Shown here: piece by piece, positions 1-9,523 of the stretch | Numbering within the stretch: the stretch's first letter is position 1 | Layout of the letters: every line of letters begins with the position of its first letter | Virus record (IMG/VR): IMGVR_UViG_3300045534_000064 | Coordinates: 1-63,031 of that record | Strand: one strand, 5' to 3' | DNA: 63,031 nucleotides | Source of the DNA: a virus | Taxonomy: Duplodnaviria; Caudoviricetes | Notes under the pieces: model-generated | Seen by the model: only the letters and a program-made list of their open reading frames with translations | The model's database searches: none | Told to the model about the DNA's origin: nothing | Position numbers and translations under genes: made by a program

Positions 1-345
1 TTTCGAAGGAACGCAGAGGAACGCAGGAGCCGGGAACATGCACTCTCAAAAAGTAAGGCTTTGAGAACAAAAATTTTTGCTGTAAGTGTCTGTTTTTATT
101 AAGTATTATTATTATTTTATTATTATTATTATTAATTTACATACACACACCCTTTTTTCAGAAAAAGGAAAAAAGTAGAGAAAATCAGGAAATGTGGAAC
201 AGGAGCTTTATAAAATGAAAAGGGTGTATGTCCTCTGGAATTGTAAAAAAAGCCGTTTTTCGCAGACAGATCAATAGGTTAAGTGTTCTCGGGAGCAGGT
301 TTTTCAAGGAACAGCCGGAAACGCAAAAAAACGCAGGAAAACAGC
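1..345. other. Putative replication origin region
   Basis: Non-coding and very AT-rich ((TAT)n tract ~95-140, poly-T/poly-A) in a GC-rich genome; GGAACGCAG-like repeats at 8-26 and ~308-345; IHF-like GATCAATAGGTTA at 269-281. Confidence 0.55.
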
Positions 346-407
346 AAAAATCATTAAGAACCAAACACTTAGGACGTTTTCAGCCAGTGAAAAAATAGAG
401 AATCGTG

Positions 408-420
408 TGAGAATTACTGG
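408..420. promoter_or_regulatory. Possible degenerate repressor operator TGAG-AATTA-CTGG
   Basis: Variant of the TGAG-N5-CTCA palindrome found in the cI-cro region. Confidence 0.35.
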
Positions 421-483
421 ATTTTGGCAATAAGATGGGGCAAAATTCGAGATTCGAGAAACCAAAACCGGAGAACGTAAAAA

Positions 484-966
484 ATGACAGACGAACAAGT
501 GCAAGCGATTGCCGAACTGATTTTGGTAAGGCTGCGCCCCACCGTCGAAAACGCAATCAAGACCTCGGGCGTAAGACTGTCGAAGGCAATTCAGATCGGG
601 TACTCAAACGGCAGACTGGTGCGTTTTTTGGCCAACACGGCCAAGTACCGAAAAGACAGGCGTTTCGGTGGCCTGTGCGCGCAAGGTCTTATGCCTCACT
701 CAAAATTGCTCAAGTTGAGCAAGATGCCCGCCGAGGAGTTTAGAAAGGCGGTCGAAACAGCCGTTCAGGACGGCCAGATCGAACGCTGTTGCGATCTGGA
801 CACTGGTTTGATGTGCTACCGCCTTCCGACAAAACAACCCGCCCCAGCGCCCGTCCAACCCCCTGCCATTGACATGGCAACGCTCGACAGCCCCGCCCAA
901 GACTCGCACGAGTGGGACTTTGCCGCCGCCCTTCAACGCGCCCGAGAAGAGCGCGAGATGTATTAA
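484..966 (+). CDS. Stand-alone paralogue of the primase/helicase C-terminal (putative winged-helix) domain
   Basis: KYRKDRRFGGLCAQGLMPHSKLLKLSKMPA aligns with KYSKDARFGAACAAGAMPHSKLLKLMKMPA in 55493..57886; GGAG SD upstream. Confidence 0.8.
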   Translation: MTDEQVQAIAELILVRLRPTVENAIKTSGVRLSKAIQIGYSNGRLVRFLANTAKYRKDRRFGGLCAQGLMPHSKLLKLSKMPAEEFRKAVETAVQDGQIERCCDLDTGLMCYRLPTKQPAPAPVQPPAIDMATLDSPAQDSHEWDFAAALQRAREEREMY

Positions 967-990
967 GCCCTCGCCGTTCGCAAGACCAAC

Positions 991-1017
991 AACCCGGCCA
1001 AGTGCCGGGTTTTTTTT
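991..1017 (+). terminator. Rho-independent terminator
   Basis: AACCCGGC-CAAGT-GCCGGGTT followed by a T run. Confidence 0.85.
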
Positions 1018-1112
1018 GTCCTGTTTTTATCGTCCCGCTTTACAGTTTGATTTTCCGCACCATGATGCTATTGTGTTAAATATTCTCAAGTTGCTGATAA
1101 CGCAAGGGAAAA

Positions 1113-1508
1113 TTGATGTCCGAAAGAGGCGAGGAAATTGAACAAGCGCGCGTTATTCGGTGGTCGCACCGGCGCGAAGTGCGCGAACTCATGCCCGAGT
1201 TACGGTGGCTGCACCACTCGCCAAACGGCGGTAAGCGGTCGGCTTTTACGGGCGCGCAAATGACGGCGCTCGGCGTCAAGCGCGGTTTCCCGGATCTGAT
1301 CTTGCCTGTGGCCACGCCACACGCCCCAGGACTCGCCATCGAAATGAAGTCGGACAACGGCCGGCTTTCGATCGATCAAACCGAGTGGCTTGCGCATTAC
1401 AAGTCGCAGGGCTGGATTACCCACGTATGCAGATCGGCAGAGGAGGCACGCGAGGCGCTATGCAACTTTTTTTCGATTTTGCCGGGTGCTTGCCCGGCTT
1501 TGGACTGA
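1113..1508 (+). CDS. VRR-NUC domain nuclease (Holliday-junction resolvase-like)
   Basis: HSPNGGKR...GVKRGFPDL...AIEMK...Q motif pattern. Confidence 0.85.
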   Translation: MMSERGEEIEQARVIRWSHRREVRELMPELRWLHHSPNGGKRSAFTGAQMTALGVKRGFPDLILPVATPHAPGLAIEMKSDNGRLSIDQTEWLAHYKSQGWITHVCRSAEEAREALCNFFSILPGACPALD

Positions 1509-1783
1509 TGCAACAGGCCGGCTCGACGCTACGGCGTCGTGTGCTGGCCATTATCGAGGCCGCGGATACCTCGCTCACCGGCGCCGAGATTGCGCACCGC
1601 TCCGGGCTGTCCTATCGGCAGACGATTGACGCGCTCAATGCCCTGCACAACGCCGGCAAGATCGAGCGCACCGGGCGCAAATTCACCGCGCGCTGGCAGA
1701 TAGCGCGGCCCAGGACGCACGACACCAGCGCGGTGATGATGCTGCAAGACATTTTTTTACGACTCGGTGGAATCAAGCAATGA
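1508..1783 (+). CDS. Winged-helix DNA-binding protein (candidate late-gene activator)
   Basis: ATG 1508 overlaps the upstream stop; LTGAEIAHRSGLSYRQTIDALNALHNAGKIER is a wHTH pattern. Confidence 0.7.
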   Translation: MQQAGSTLRRRVLAIIEAADTSLTGAEIAHRSGLSYRQTIDALNALHNAGKIERTGRKFTARWQIARPRTHDTSAVMMLQDIFLRLGGIKQ

Positions 1784-2091
1784 CGAAGAATGTTACCGAC
1801 ACCCTGGCAGAGCGTGGCGAGCGTTACGGACGCTTTGAGGATCACGCCCGAATATCGCAAGCCCTCAAGACCATCATCTTTGACGCGCAGCCACGGCACG
1901 ACATGGACGACGACATGATTGAGGCGCTCGAAATGGTGGCGCACAAGCTGGCCCGCATCTGCAACGGCAACCCGTACTACGCCGACAATTGGACGGACAT
2001 CGCCGGATATGCCGAGCTAGTTGCCGAGCGTTTGCGTCAAATTGAGGCCGCTCAAGTACCCTGCCGCGCATTAACGGAGGGCGAAAAATGA
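1780..2091 (+). CDS. DUF6378-like phage protein
   Basis: LAERGERYG...KLARI.NG...DNWTDIAGYA signature. Confidence 0.7.
   Translation: MTKNVTDTLAERGERYGRFEDHARISQALKTIIFDAQPRHDMDDDMIEALEMVAHKLARICNGNPYYADNWTDIAGYAELVAERLRQIEAAQVPCRALTEGEK
2036..2062 (+). promoter_or_regulatory. Late promoter copy upstream of lysis genes
   Basis: GTCAAAT-N14-TACCCT. Confidence 0.6.
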
Positions 2092-2582
2092 TCGAGGTGC
2101 TTGGGTCTGGGTTGCTGGGGTCGATATTCGGCGGCCTCTTCCGCCTCGCGCCCGAGGTGCTCAAGTGGCTTGACCGTAAAAACGAGCGCGCGCATGAACT
2201 CAGCATGTTCCAGGCTCAGTGCATGTTGGAGCGCGAGCGCGGCTCTCAAAAGCTGCAAGAGATCGGCGTCCAGCGCGATATGGCAGTGGATGTGGCCAGC
2301 CTTGACGCCTTCAAGGCCGCGGTCGAATCCCAAGCCGACATGGCCAAAGCGTCAGGCGGCTGGGTGGCGGCATTGTCGGCCAGCGTGCGGCCCGTCATCA
2401 CCTACTGGATCCTCGCCGTCTGGTCGGGCATCCATGTCTATCTGGCCATCGCCGCTTCACTCGCCGGCAGCCCGCCCGCCGAGGTGTTCAAGCAGATGAT
2501 GAGCGCCGACTTTGCTGCGTTGGTCGCAGGCACTATCAATTATTGGTTCCTTGACCGCACCTTGGCCAAGCGAGGGCTGTGA
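2088..2582 (+). CDS. Holin-like membrane protein
   Basis: Hydrophobic N-terminus, ASVRPVITY plus two TM segments; directly upstream of the lysozyme. Confidence 0.7.
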   Translation: MIEVLGSGLLGSIFGGLFRLAPEVLKWLDRKNERAHELSMFQAQCMLERERGSQKLQEIGVQRDMAVDVASLDAFKAAVESQADMAKASGGWVAALSASVRPVITYWILAVWSGIHVYLAIAASLAGSPPAEVFKQMMSADFAALVAGTINYWFLDRTLAKRGL

Positions 2583-2583
2583 G

Positions 2584-3027
2584 GTGGATGTGACGTTGGC
2601 AATCGCGTTGTGCAAACGATTCGAGGGCTTCCGCGCACGCCCTTACTTGTGCCCAGCGGGCGTCCCCACCATCGGTTACGGCTCGACCTACTACCCAGAC
2701 GGCAAGCGCGTCACCCTCGACGATGCGCCCGTCACCGAGGCTCAAGCCTCAGCCCTGCTCGCTCAAGAGTTGCTGCACACCTACGCGCCCGGCGTCCTGC
2801 GGCTGTGCCCGACGCTGGCCACGAGCAGCCCACGCTTTAACGCCATCCTCGACTTTGCCTACAACCTCGGGCTTGGCCGACTGCAAACCTCAACCCTGCG
2901 CCGCTGCATCAACCGGCAAGACTGGCAAGGCGCAACCGAACAACTAGGCAAGTGGGTGCGCGGCGGTGGCCGAGTGTTGCCCGGACTTGTGGCCCGACGG
3001 GCGGCAGAATCTCAACTCCTACGGTGA
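2584..3027 (+). CDS. Endolysin, GH24 lysozyme
   Basis: FEG...YLCPAGVPTIGYG...YNLG...LPGLVARRAAE; GTG start inferred. Confidence 0.92.
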   Translation: MDVTLAIALCKRFEGFRARPYLCPAGVPTIGYGSTYYPDGKRVTLDDAPVTEAQASALLAQELLHTYAPGVLRLCPTLATSSPRFNAILDFAYNLGLGRLQTSTLRRCINRQDWQGATEQLGKWVRGGGRVLPGLVARRAAESQLLR

Positions 3028-3033
3028 CGCACC

Positions 3034-3375
3034 ATGGCGACTTCAAACATTCAGCAATTCAATCCCGAAACAGCAGAATCAAATTGCAACGACGCGCTTA
3101 CACAATATCGCATCAACATGATCGAAAGCACGCTCGAAGCGGTGAGAGAAAACCTTATCAAGCTGGCGCAATTGGAGCAGAAGCACATTGAGACAAAAGA
3201 GAGTCTCACGCGCGCGTTCGACTCGATGAACGACATCAACTCACGCCTGCGCGAGGTCGAAAAGGAAATGCCCACGCTCAAACTGGTGCGGGGGTGGGTC
3301 ATTGCCGGGTTCGTCGGCATCATCAGTTTGCTGGGTATCGCAATCTTCAAACTTTTCACCATCGGCATTCACTGA
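3034..3375 (+). CDS. Coiled-coil protein with C-terminal TM helix (lysis-module accessory)
   Basis: Heptad-rich body and hydrophobic C-terminus. Confidence 0.6.
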   Translation: MATSNIQQFNPETAESNCNDALTQYRINMIESTLEAVRENLIKLAQLEQKHIETKESLTRAFDSMNDINSRLREVEKEMPTLKLVRGWVIAGFVGIISLLGIAIFKLFTIGIH

Positions 3376-3998
3376 TGGAAGAAAAAAAGCCGAGAGCAAA
3401 CCCCGGCGATGCCAGTCGGTTTGGCGACCGCAATAAGGCCAAGGTGTCACAAGCCGCACGCACCCCGGAAGGTCTGACCATCGCGCAAGAGGCGTACGCG
3501 CGTGCCCGCGCTATGGGCATGTCAATGCACGAGGCCGCAACGGCGGTCAATCTGCATACAGTCACCGTCCGAAAGTGGGAAAAAGAAGAACCCTGGGTGG
3601 CGGATCGTATTGCGCAGTTGTCGGCCATTGCCACCAACAACGCCATTATTAAAACCGGCCTGAACCGCGAGTGGGTGATTACCCGCCTCATGTCTGTAGT
3701 CGATCGGTGTATGCAGGCCGAGCAGGTCACAAATTCAAAGGGAGAGCCTACCGGCGAATACAAGTTCGACGCCTCAGGCGCTAACCAAGCTCTGAGAATG
3801 CTGGGCGACACCATGGGACTGTTTAAACCCGCCGAGAAAAAAGAGGATGACTATGCAAACCTCACCGACGCCGATCTTGCCCGAATCGCTCAAGAACTTG
3901 CCTCCCAAGTTGGCCTACTTGAAGCTCCTGCAGGAAATCAAACGACGGCAGGATCGGGACAAGTTATCGAGGTACAAGCCCTACCCCAAGCAGGTTGA
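3375..3998 (+). CDS. terS: Terminase small subunit
   Basis: N-terminal HTH, ANQALRMLG..MGLF motif; precedes TerL; ATG 3375 overlaps the upstream stop. Confidence 0.8.
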   Translation: MEEKKPRANPGDASRFGDRNKAKVSQAARTPEGLTIAQEAYARARAMGMSMHEAATAVNLHTVTVRKWEKEEPWVADRIAQLSAIATNNAIIKTGLNREWVITRLMSVVDRCMQAEQVTNSKGEPTGEYKFDASGANQALRMLGDTMGLFKPAEKKEDDYANLTDADLARIAQELASQVGLLEAPAGNQTTAGSGQVIEVQALPQAG

Positions 3999-5319
3999 CT
4001 TCCACAACCGAGGCGCCACGCACCGCGAACGCCTGTTCCGCGCCGGCAACCAGTTGGGCAAAACGTGGAGCAGCGCCTACGAAATCGCGTTTCATCTGAC
4101 CGGACTCTACCCAGACTGGTGGCAAGGCAAACGATGGGCGCGCGGGGTCACCGGCTGGGCGCTGGGCGAGTCGATGGAATCCACCCGCGACACGCTGCAA
4201 CGACTCGTCCTCGGGCGCCCGGGTGAGTGGGGCACCGGAACCATCCCCGAAAAACTGATTGTCGACATCAAGCGCGCCCAAGGCATTGCCGACTCGGTAG
4301 ATGCCGTGTTCGTGCGCCACGCTTCCGGCCTCATGTCGCGGCTGTACTTCAAGTCGTACGAAAAAGGCCGCTCAAAGCTGCAAGGCGAAACGCTGGACTT
4401 TGCCGCGCTGGACGAGGAGCCGCCGCTCGACATCTACACCGAGGTCTTGACCCGCACCAACGCGACCAAGGGCATCGTGTGGATTACATTCACGCCGCTC
4501 CTGGGCATGTCAGAGGTGGTGCGACTGTTCCTGCAAAACCCGACGCCCGATCGGTCGGACACGTCCATGACCATTGACGACGTGCTGCACTACACCCCGG
4601 AGGAGCGCGCCCGCATCATTGAAAGCTACCCGGCACACGAGCGCGAGGCCCGGGCCAAGGGCATACCGATCTTGGGCAGCGGTCGGGTGTTTCCGATTGC
4701 TGAGAGCGCCATCACGGTCGATCCGTTCCAGATCCCTGACCATTGGCCGGTAATCTGCGGCATCGACTTCGGCTGGGATCACCCCACCGCGATGGTGTGG
4801 GTCGCATGGGATCGTGACACCGACACGCTGTACGTCTATGACTGCAACCGCTCGCGCGAGACTACGCCAGCGCAACACGCGCCTTTCATCCTGTCCCGCG
4901 GGCCGTGGATTCCGGTGGCCTGGCCGCACGACGGATTGCAGCACGAGAAGGGATCGGGCTTTCAGTTGGCCGAGCAATACCGCAATGCCGGGGTCAATAT
5001 GCTGCACGAAATGGCGCAGTTCCCCGAAACCGGCGACGAAAACGGGCACAAGGTCAGTCGGGTGAGCGTCGAAGCAGGGGTGCTCAACATGCTGCAACGG
5101 ATGCAAGCCGGGAAACTCAAGGTGTTTTCCACGCTCAACGAGTGGTTCGAGGAGTTTCGCCTGTACCACCGAAAAGACGGAAAGATCGTCAAACTGCAAG
5201 ACGACCTGATGTCGGCCACACGATACGCCTACATGATGATGCGCTATGCAATCACGCCGCCCGATCCACAAAAGATGGTGGCCGACCCGCGGCGCGACTA
5301 TAACTGGCGCGTCGGCTGA
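3847..5319 (+). CDS. terL: Terminase large subunit
   Basis: Walker A AGNQLGKT, Walker B LDEEP, TFTP coupling motif, nuclease GIDFGWDHP and DDLMSA. Confidence 0.97.
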   Translation: MTMQTSPTPILPESLKNLPPKLAYLKLLQEIKRRQDRDKLSRYKPYPKQVDFHNRGATHRERLFRAGNQLGKTWSSAYEIAFHLTGLYPDWWQGKRWARGVTGWALGESMESTRDTLQRLVLGRPGEWGTGTIPEKLIVDIKRAQGIADSVDAVFVRHASGLMSRLYFKSYEKGRSKLQGETLDFAALDEEPPLDIYTEVLTRTNATKGIVWITFTPLLGMSEVVRLFLQNPTPDRSDTSMTIDDVLHYTPEERARIIESYPAHEREARAKGIPILGSGRVFPIAESAITVDPFQIPDHWPVICGIDFGWDHPTAMVWVAWDRDTDTLYVYDCNRSRETTPAQHAPFILSRGPWIPVAWPHDGLQHEKGSGFQLAEQYRNAGVNMLHEMAQFPETGDENGHKVSRVSVEAGVLNMLQRMQAGKLKVFSTLNEWFEEFRLYHRKDGKIVKLQDDLMSATRYAYMMMRYAITPPDPQKMVADPRRDYNWRVG

Positions 5320-5322
5320 GAG

Positions 5323-5349
5323 GTCAAATAGTCACACACCCCACACAAT
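5323..5349 (+). promoter_or_regulatory. Late promoter copy upstream of portal
   Basis: GTCAAAT-N14-CACAAT. Confidence 0.7.
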
Positions 5350-5382
5350 ACGATTGGCGGAAAGCAAACCGGACGCATCCTT

Positions 5383-7542
5383 ATGCCCATTGGCGACATT
5401 CAGTTGAACAGCGAGGCCATCGAACGCGACAGCGAGGGGTATCCCGGCGCAAACGCGGGTGGCCCGACTATGGCCGCGCAATATCAGCCTGATGCAAAGC
5501 CGCGCGGCGATGTGGTTATGGGCGAAGCGCCAACCGACACCGAATCCCCCGGTCAGATCCCCGACGACCTTGAAAACTCTGCGCTACCACGCGCCCAGGT
5601 GGAGATGTTCCTGCGCGAGATCAAACACCAGCCGCACTGGCGCCGCGAGGCCGACCGGGCCGCCGACTTTTATGACGGCAACCAGCTTTCACCCGAGGAC
5701 GTTGAAACGCTGAAAGACCGGGGCCAGCCTCCGCTTATCACCAACATCGTCAAGCCCACCATCGACACGGTGCTGGGCATGGAAGCCAAGGCCCGCTCCG
5801 ACTGGCGCGTGCGCCCGGAGGACGACGAGGAGTGCGACGACGAACTGGCCGAGGCGCTGTCAGTCAAGCTCAAGCACGCCGAGATTGAGTCGCGCGCCGA
5901 TCGGGCCGTATCCGATGCATACGCCGGCCAGATCAAGGCGGGGCTGGGCTGGGTGGAAGTGGCCCGCGAGCACGATCCGTTCAAGTGCCCGTACCGCGTG
6001 CGCTACGTCCATCGCCGCGAAATCTTTTGGGACTGGCGCGCCGAACAGCCCGACCTGTCCGACGCCCGTTACCTGATTCGGCGCCGCTGGCTGGAACTTG
6101 AACACGCCATTGCGCTGATGCCGCAGTACGCCACCTTGTTCCGCATGACAACAGGGGGCTGGGCCGGGTTCGATCCGTTGTTAGAGCAGGACAGCCGACT
6201 GGTGCAGTCGTGGGAGATTGAACGCGACACCCGGATTGCCGCCGTCGATTGGCGCGACATCCAACGAATGCGCATTTGCCTCTACGAAATCTGGTATCGA
6301 AAATGGGTGCGCGGGTACGTCATGACGCTGCCCAACGGCACCACCATGGAAGCCGACTTCAACAACCCGCGCCATAACGAGGCGATTGTTGCCGGCATTG
6401 CCCAGATCAAGCAGGCCACGTTCCAGAAAGTGCGCCTCGCGTGGTACACCGGCCCGCATTTCCTTTATGACGTGCCCAGCCCGTACAAGCACAACCAGTT
6501 TCCGTACGTCCCGTTCTTTGGACACCGCGAGGATCTGACCAACGTGCCCTACGGCCTGATTCGTTCCATGATTTCTCCGCAACAGGAAATCAACGCGCGC
6601 AAGTCAAAGATGCTGTGGAGTCTGAACAGCCGCCGCGTGGTGGCAGATTCGGATTCGGTGCTCGACCACGCCCGCACCATGCAGGAGGTCGCGCGGCCCG
6701 ATGCTTACGTCATTCTGAACGCCAACCGCAAGCCAAACAGCCAATTCCGCGTTGAGCCGGGTGCGGATCTGGCGGCGCAACAGTTTCAGGTCATGCAGGA
6801 GGCCAAGCAGGAAATTGCCGAAGCCTCGGGCATCCACAAGTCCATGCAGGGCCAGCAATCCGGCGCCACCTCTGGGCTGGCAATCAATTCTCTGGTCGAA
6901 CAGGGACTCAACACCCTGGCCGAGATCAACGACAACTTCCGCTATTCCCGCCGGCTGGTCGGGGAAATGCTGTTTGAACTGGTCAAGCAAAACCTGATGC
7001 AAGGGCCAAGCAAGGTCACGATTGGTGAAGGGCAGCAGAAGAAAGTGATTTTGCTCAACGCCCAGCAACAAGACCCCGAAACCGGGCAGATGGTCACGAT
7101 CAACGACGTGGCCAAGGTCAAGGCCAAGGTGGTGCTGGACGATGTGCCGAGCACGCCAACCTACCGGATGCAGCAATTGCAGATGCTCACCGAAATCACC
7201 AAGAGCCTGCCGCCGCAGTTGCAGGGCTTTGTGATTGACTTTGTGATCGAGGCCACTGACCTACCCAAACGGCACGAACTGGCCGACCGTTTGCGCGCCG
7301 CCGTGGGTATTCAAGACCCGGAACAGCAACAGGCCCAGGCCCAAGCGCAAGCCCAAGCCCAGGCCATGCAGCAAGACATGGCCCAGAAAACCTTTGTTCT
7401 GGACGCTGCCGAGCGCGCCGCCCGCATTCGCAAACTCAACGCCGAGGCCGAAAAGGTGCAAGCCGAATCGGTCAGGGCCAAATATGAGCCGCTGGTACGC
7501 ACCCCGCAAGTAGCGGTGTCGGCCCCGGAGATTGACGGATGA
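5383..7542 (+). CDS. Portal protein (P22-like)
   Basis: FYDGNQ...RGQPP...N, FPYVPF...YGLIR...PQ..IN, SGLAI motifs; Q/A-rich C-terminal barrel; follows TerL. Confidence 0.92.
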   Translation: MPIGDIQLNSEAIERDSEGYPGANAGGPTMAAQYQPDAKPRGDVVMGEAPTDTESPGQIPDDLENSALPRAQVEMFLREIKHQPHWRREADRAADFYDGNQLSPEDVETLKDRGQPPLITNIVKPTIDTVLGMEAKARSDWRVRPEDDEECDDELAEALSVKLKHAEIESRADRAVSDAYAGQIKAGLGWVEVAREHDPFKCPYRVRYVHRREIFWDWRAEQPDLSDARYLIRRRWLELEHAIALMPQYATLFRMTTGGWAGFDPLLEQDSRLVQSWEIERDTRIAAVDWRDIQRMRICLYEIWYRKWVRGYVMTLPNGTTMEADFNNPRHNEAIVAGIAQIKQATFQKVRLAWYTGPHFLYDVPSPYKHNQFPYVPFFGHREDLTNVPYGLIRSMISPQQEINARKSKMLWSLNSRRVVADSDSVLDHARTMQEVARPDAYVILNANRKPNSQFRVEPGADLAAQQFQVMQEAKQEIAEASGIHKSMQGQQSGATSGLAINSLVEQGLNTLAEINDNFRYSRRLVGEMLFELVKQNLMQGPSKVTIGEGQQKKVILLNAQQQDPETGQMVTINDVAKVKAKVVLDDVPSTPTYRMQQLQMLTEITKSLPPQLQGFVIDFVIEATDLPKRHELADRLRAAVGIQDPEQQQAQAQAQAQAQAMQQDMAQKTFVLDAAERAARIRKLNAEAEKVQAESVRAKYEPLVRTPQVAVSAPEIDG

Positions 7543-7916
7543 AAAACACGATTGGAATGCTGGTCGCCACCCTGTTTTTGGCCCGCGATCTGGCGCACCG
7601 CGAACACCTCAAAGCCACCGGCCCGGGCAGCTTTGCTGCTCATTCGGCATTAGGCGACTTTTACACTTCCGTGGTCAAACTGGCCGACACGCTGACCGAA
7701 ACCTATCAGGGCCGGTTTGAGCGGCTGATCGATATTCCGCTTTTAGCCAATGACACACAGGGCTCAATTCTGGATACCCTGCGCGCCCAGCGGGAATGGA
7801 TTCGGGAAGCCCGTTATGACGCCGTGCCACAAGAAGAAACGCCGCTTCACAACATCATTGATGAAGTCGAATCGCTGTACTGCTCTATCATTTACAAACT
7901 GAAATTCCTGGCCTGA
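7539..7916 (+). CDS. Ferritin/Dps-like four-helix protein (DUF5856-like)
   Basis: H..HL...SFAAHSALGDFY...D..E...NIIDE...YKLKFL. Confidence 0.65.
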   Translation: MKNTIGMLVATLFLARDLAHREHLKATGPGSFAAHSALGDFYTSVVKLADTLTETYQGRFERLIDIPLLANDTQGSILDTLRAQREWIREARYDAVPQEETPLHNIIDEVESLYCSIIYKLKFLA

Positions 7917-7934
7917 TGGCCGCAAAGGACAGCC

Positions 7935-8198
7935 ATGACATTTCCCCGTCAATTCAGCGACAACACTGGACTGCTGACGCCGAGCCGCGATTACTTTTCC
8001 ATCACCCCGAGTGATTCCACCAATTTGACGTTCAAAACTCGATCCATTCGGGTCGGTGGGGCAGGGGATGTGGTGGCGGTGCGCGAGGATGGCACGGCTG
8101 TCACCTTCAAAAACTGCGCAGTTGGGGAAATCCTCCCTATTGTTGCTATACGTGTCAATGCGACCAACACTACCGCAACCTTTTTGATAGGTCTGTGA
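7935..8198 (+). CDS. Head spike base protein (RcGTA Rcc01079-like)
   Basis: ITPSD...RSIRVGGAGDV...VTF.N...G.ILPI...RV.AT.TTAT pattern. Confidence 0.7.
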   Translation: MTFPRQFSDNTGLLTPSRDYFSITPSDSTNLTFKTRSIRVGGAGDVVAVREDGTAVTFKNCAVGEILPIVAIRVNATNTTATFLIGL

Positions 8199-8199
8199 C

Positions 8200-9522
8200 A
8201 TGCGCCTCGGTTTAGGGGTAGGTCTGTGCCTTAACAGGAAGAAAACTCTTTGGACCCCCGCCCAGCTAGCCACGGCGCTGTGGCTCGATGCCGCCGACGC
8301 TACGACCATTACGCTCAATGGGGTAAGCACTAGTCAATGGGCCGACAAATCGGGCAATGGGCGAAATGCTACTCAGGCTACGGCTGCGAATCAGCCTACG
8401 TATGTTACGGGGCAAAACTTGCTGCAATGGAGCGAACAGTTCCAACAAGGATCGTGGCAAAGAGCGAGTGTTGATGTGCAAGCAAATGTCGCCACTGCGC
8501 CTGATGGGACTTTGACTGCCGATAAGGTAATCGCAACTGCGGTATCTGGCGCGCACACTCTGTATCAGATTCAATCTATTGGCGCTGCCGCACCTTACAC
8601 CTTTGTTATTCGAGCAAAAGCGGCGGAATACAATTTTGTAACGGTAGCAGGGTGTGTCGAAGTTTCTGGCGGGGCGCTTACTCGATATTCTGCAACGGTA
8701 AATCTTACTACTGGCGCAATTACTAAAACGGCATCAGTTGGAACGACCATCTCTCCAACATCAACCACTCGTGACATTGGTAACGGGTGGTGGGAAATCA
8801 CGGTTTCTCTAAGTTCCGCAAGCGCAACCAGTGTGTTGTTTGTGTTGTGCCCGACATCAACGGCAAACCCAACCCAAGACGGTTTTCTCAACGCCACCTT
8901 TACTGGTGATGGCACATCTGGCGTGCTGGTGTGGGGTGCGCAGATCAATTCGGGTACAGCCGTCACGACCTACCAAAAAACCGAAGCCACTGCGATCACG
9001 TCGGGGACAATCAACGGCAAGCCTTCTTTGGCATTCGATAACTCTGACGATTCCCTGAATTACGACGGCGCTTTTCTTGCAAATACGGATTACACCGTGA
9101 CAGCGGTAATATCAAGAAGTGTAGACAGAATTAATAATTGGTTTTTGGGAGGAAGTTCTGGCGTCACCAATACAAACTTTTTAATGGGTTTTGAAAACCC
9201 ATCAACTAAACTTAGATGGGGCCAGTTTGGGAATGATGTTGACACGGCGGGGATAACATATTTTCAGAACGTGCCGCTCACAGCCATTGCGATTCACTCA
9301 GGAACCGCAGGCAAATCAACTTTCATCAACGGAACGGCTGGTGGAACCACCCCCAACACAACACCGCTTTCCAGTAATCCCGTAGCGCAGATCGGTCGCT
9401 TTTTGGGCTTACAGTCATTCGGCGGCTCTATCGGAGAGATTGTGATGGTGCGATCTGCTTTGCCTACGGCTGACCGCCAGCGCCTCGAAGGCTATTTAGC
9501 TTGGAAATGGGGAGGGTTTTGA
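8200..9522 (+). CDS. Head spike fibre, LamG/ConA-like module with an inserted carbohydrate-binding-like domain
   Basis: LWLDA...SQW.DKSGNGRNATQ...QPT N-terminal motif, EGYLAWKWG C-terminal motif, ~200-aa insert starting NLLQWSEQF. Confidence 0.65.
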   Translation: MRLGLGVGLCLNRKKTLWTPAQLATALWLDAADATTITLNGVSTSQWADKSGNGRNATQATAANQPTYVTGQNLLQWSEQFQQGSWQRASVDVQANVATAPDGTLTADKVIATAVSGAHTLYQIQSIGAAAPYTFVIRAKAAEYNFVTVAGCVEVSGGALTRYSATVNLTTGAITKTASVGTTISPTSTTRDIGNGWWEITVSLSSASATSVLFVLCPTSTANPTQDGFLNATFTGDGTSGVLVWGAQINSGTAVTTYQKTEATAITSGTINGKPSLAFDNSDDSLNYDGAFLANTDYTVTAVISRSVDRINNWFLGGSSGVTNTNFLMGFENPSTKLRWGQFGNDVDTAGITYFQNVPLTAIAIHSGTAGKSTFINGTAGGTTPNTTPLSSNPVAQIGRFLGLQSFGGSIGEIVMVRSALPTADRQRLEGYLAWKWGGF

Positions 9523-9523
9523 C

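Noticed and set aside
7325-7375. CAGGCC/CAAGCC tandem repeat
   Set aside because: Encodes the ordinary Gln/Ala-rich portal barrel; no sign of a phase-variable tract.
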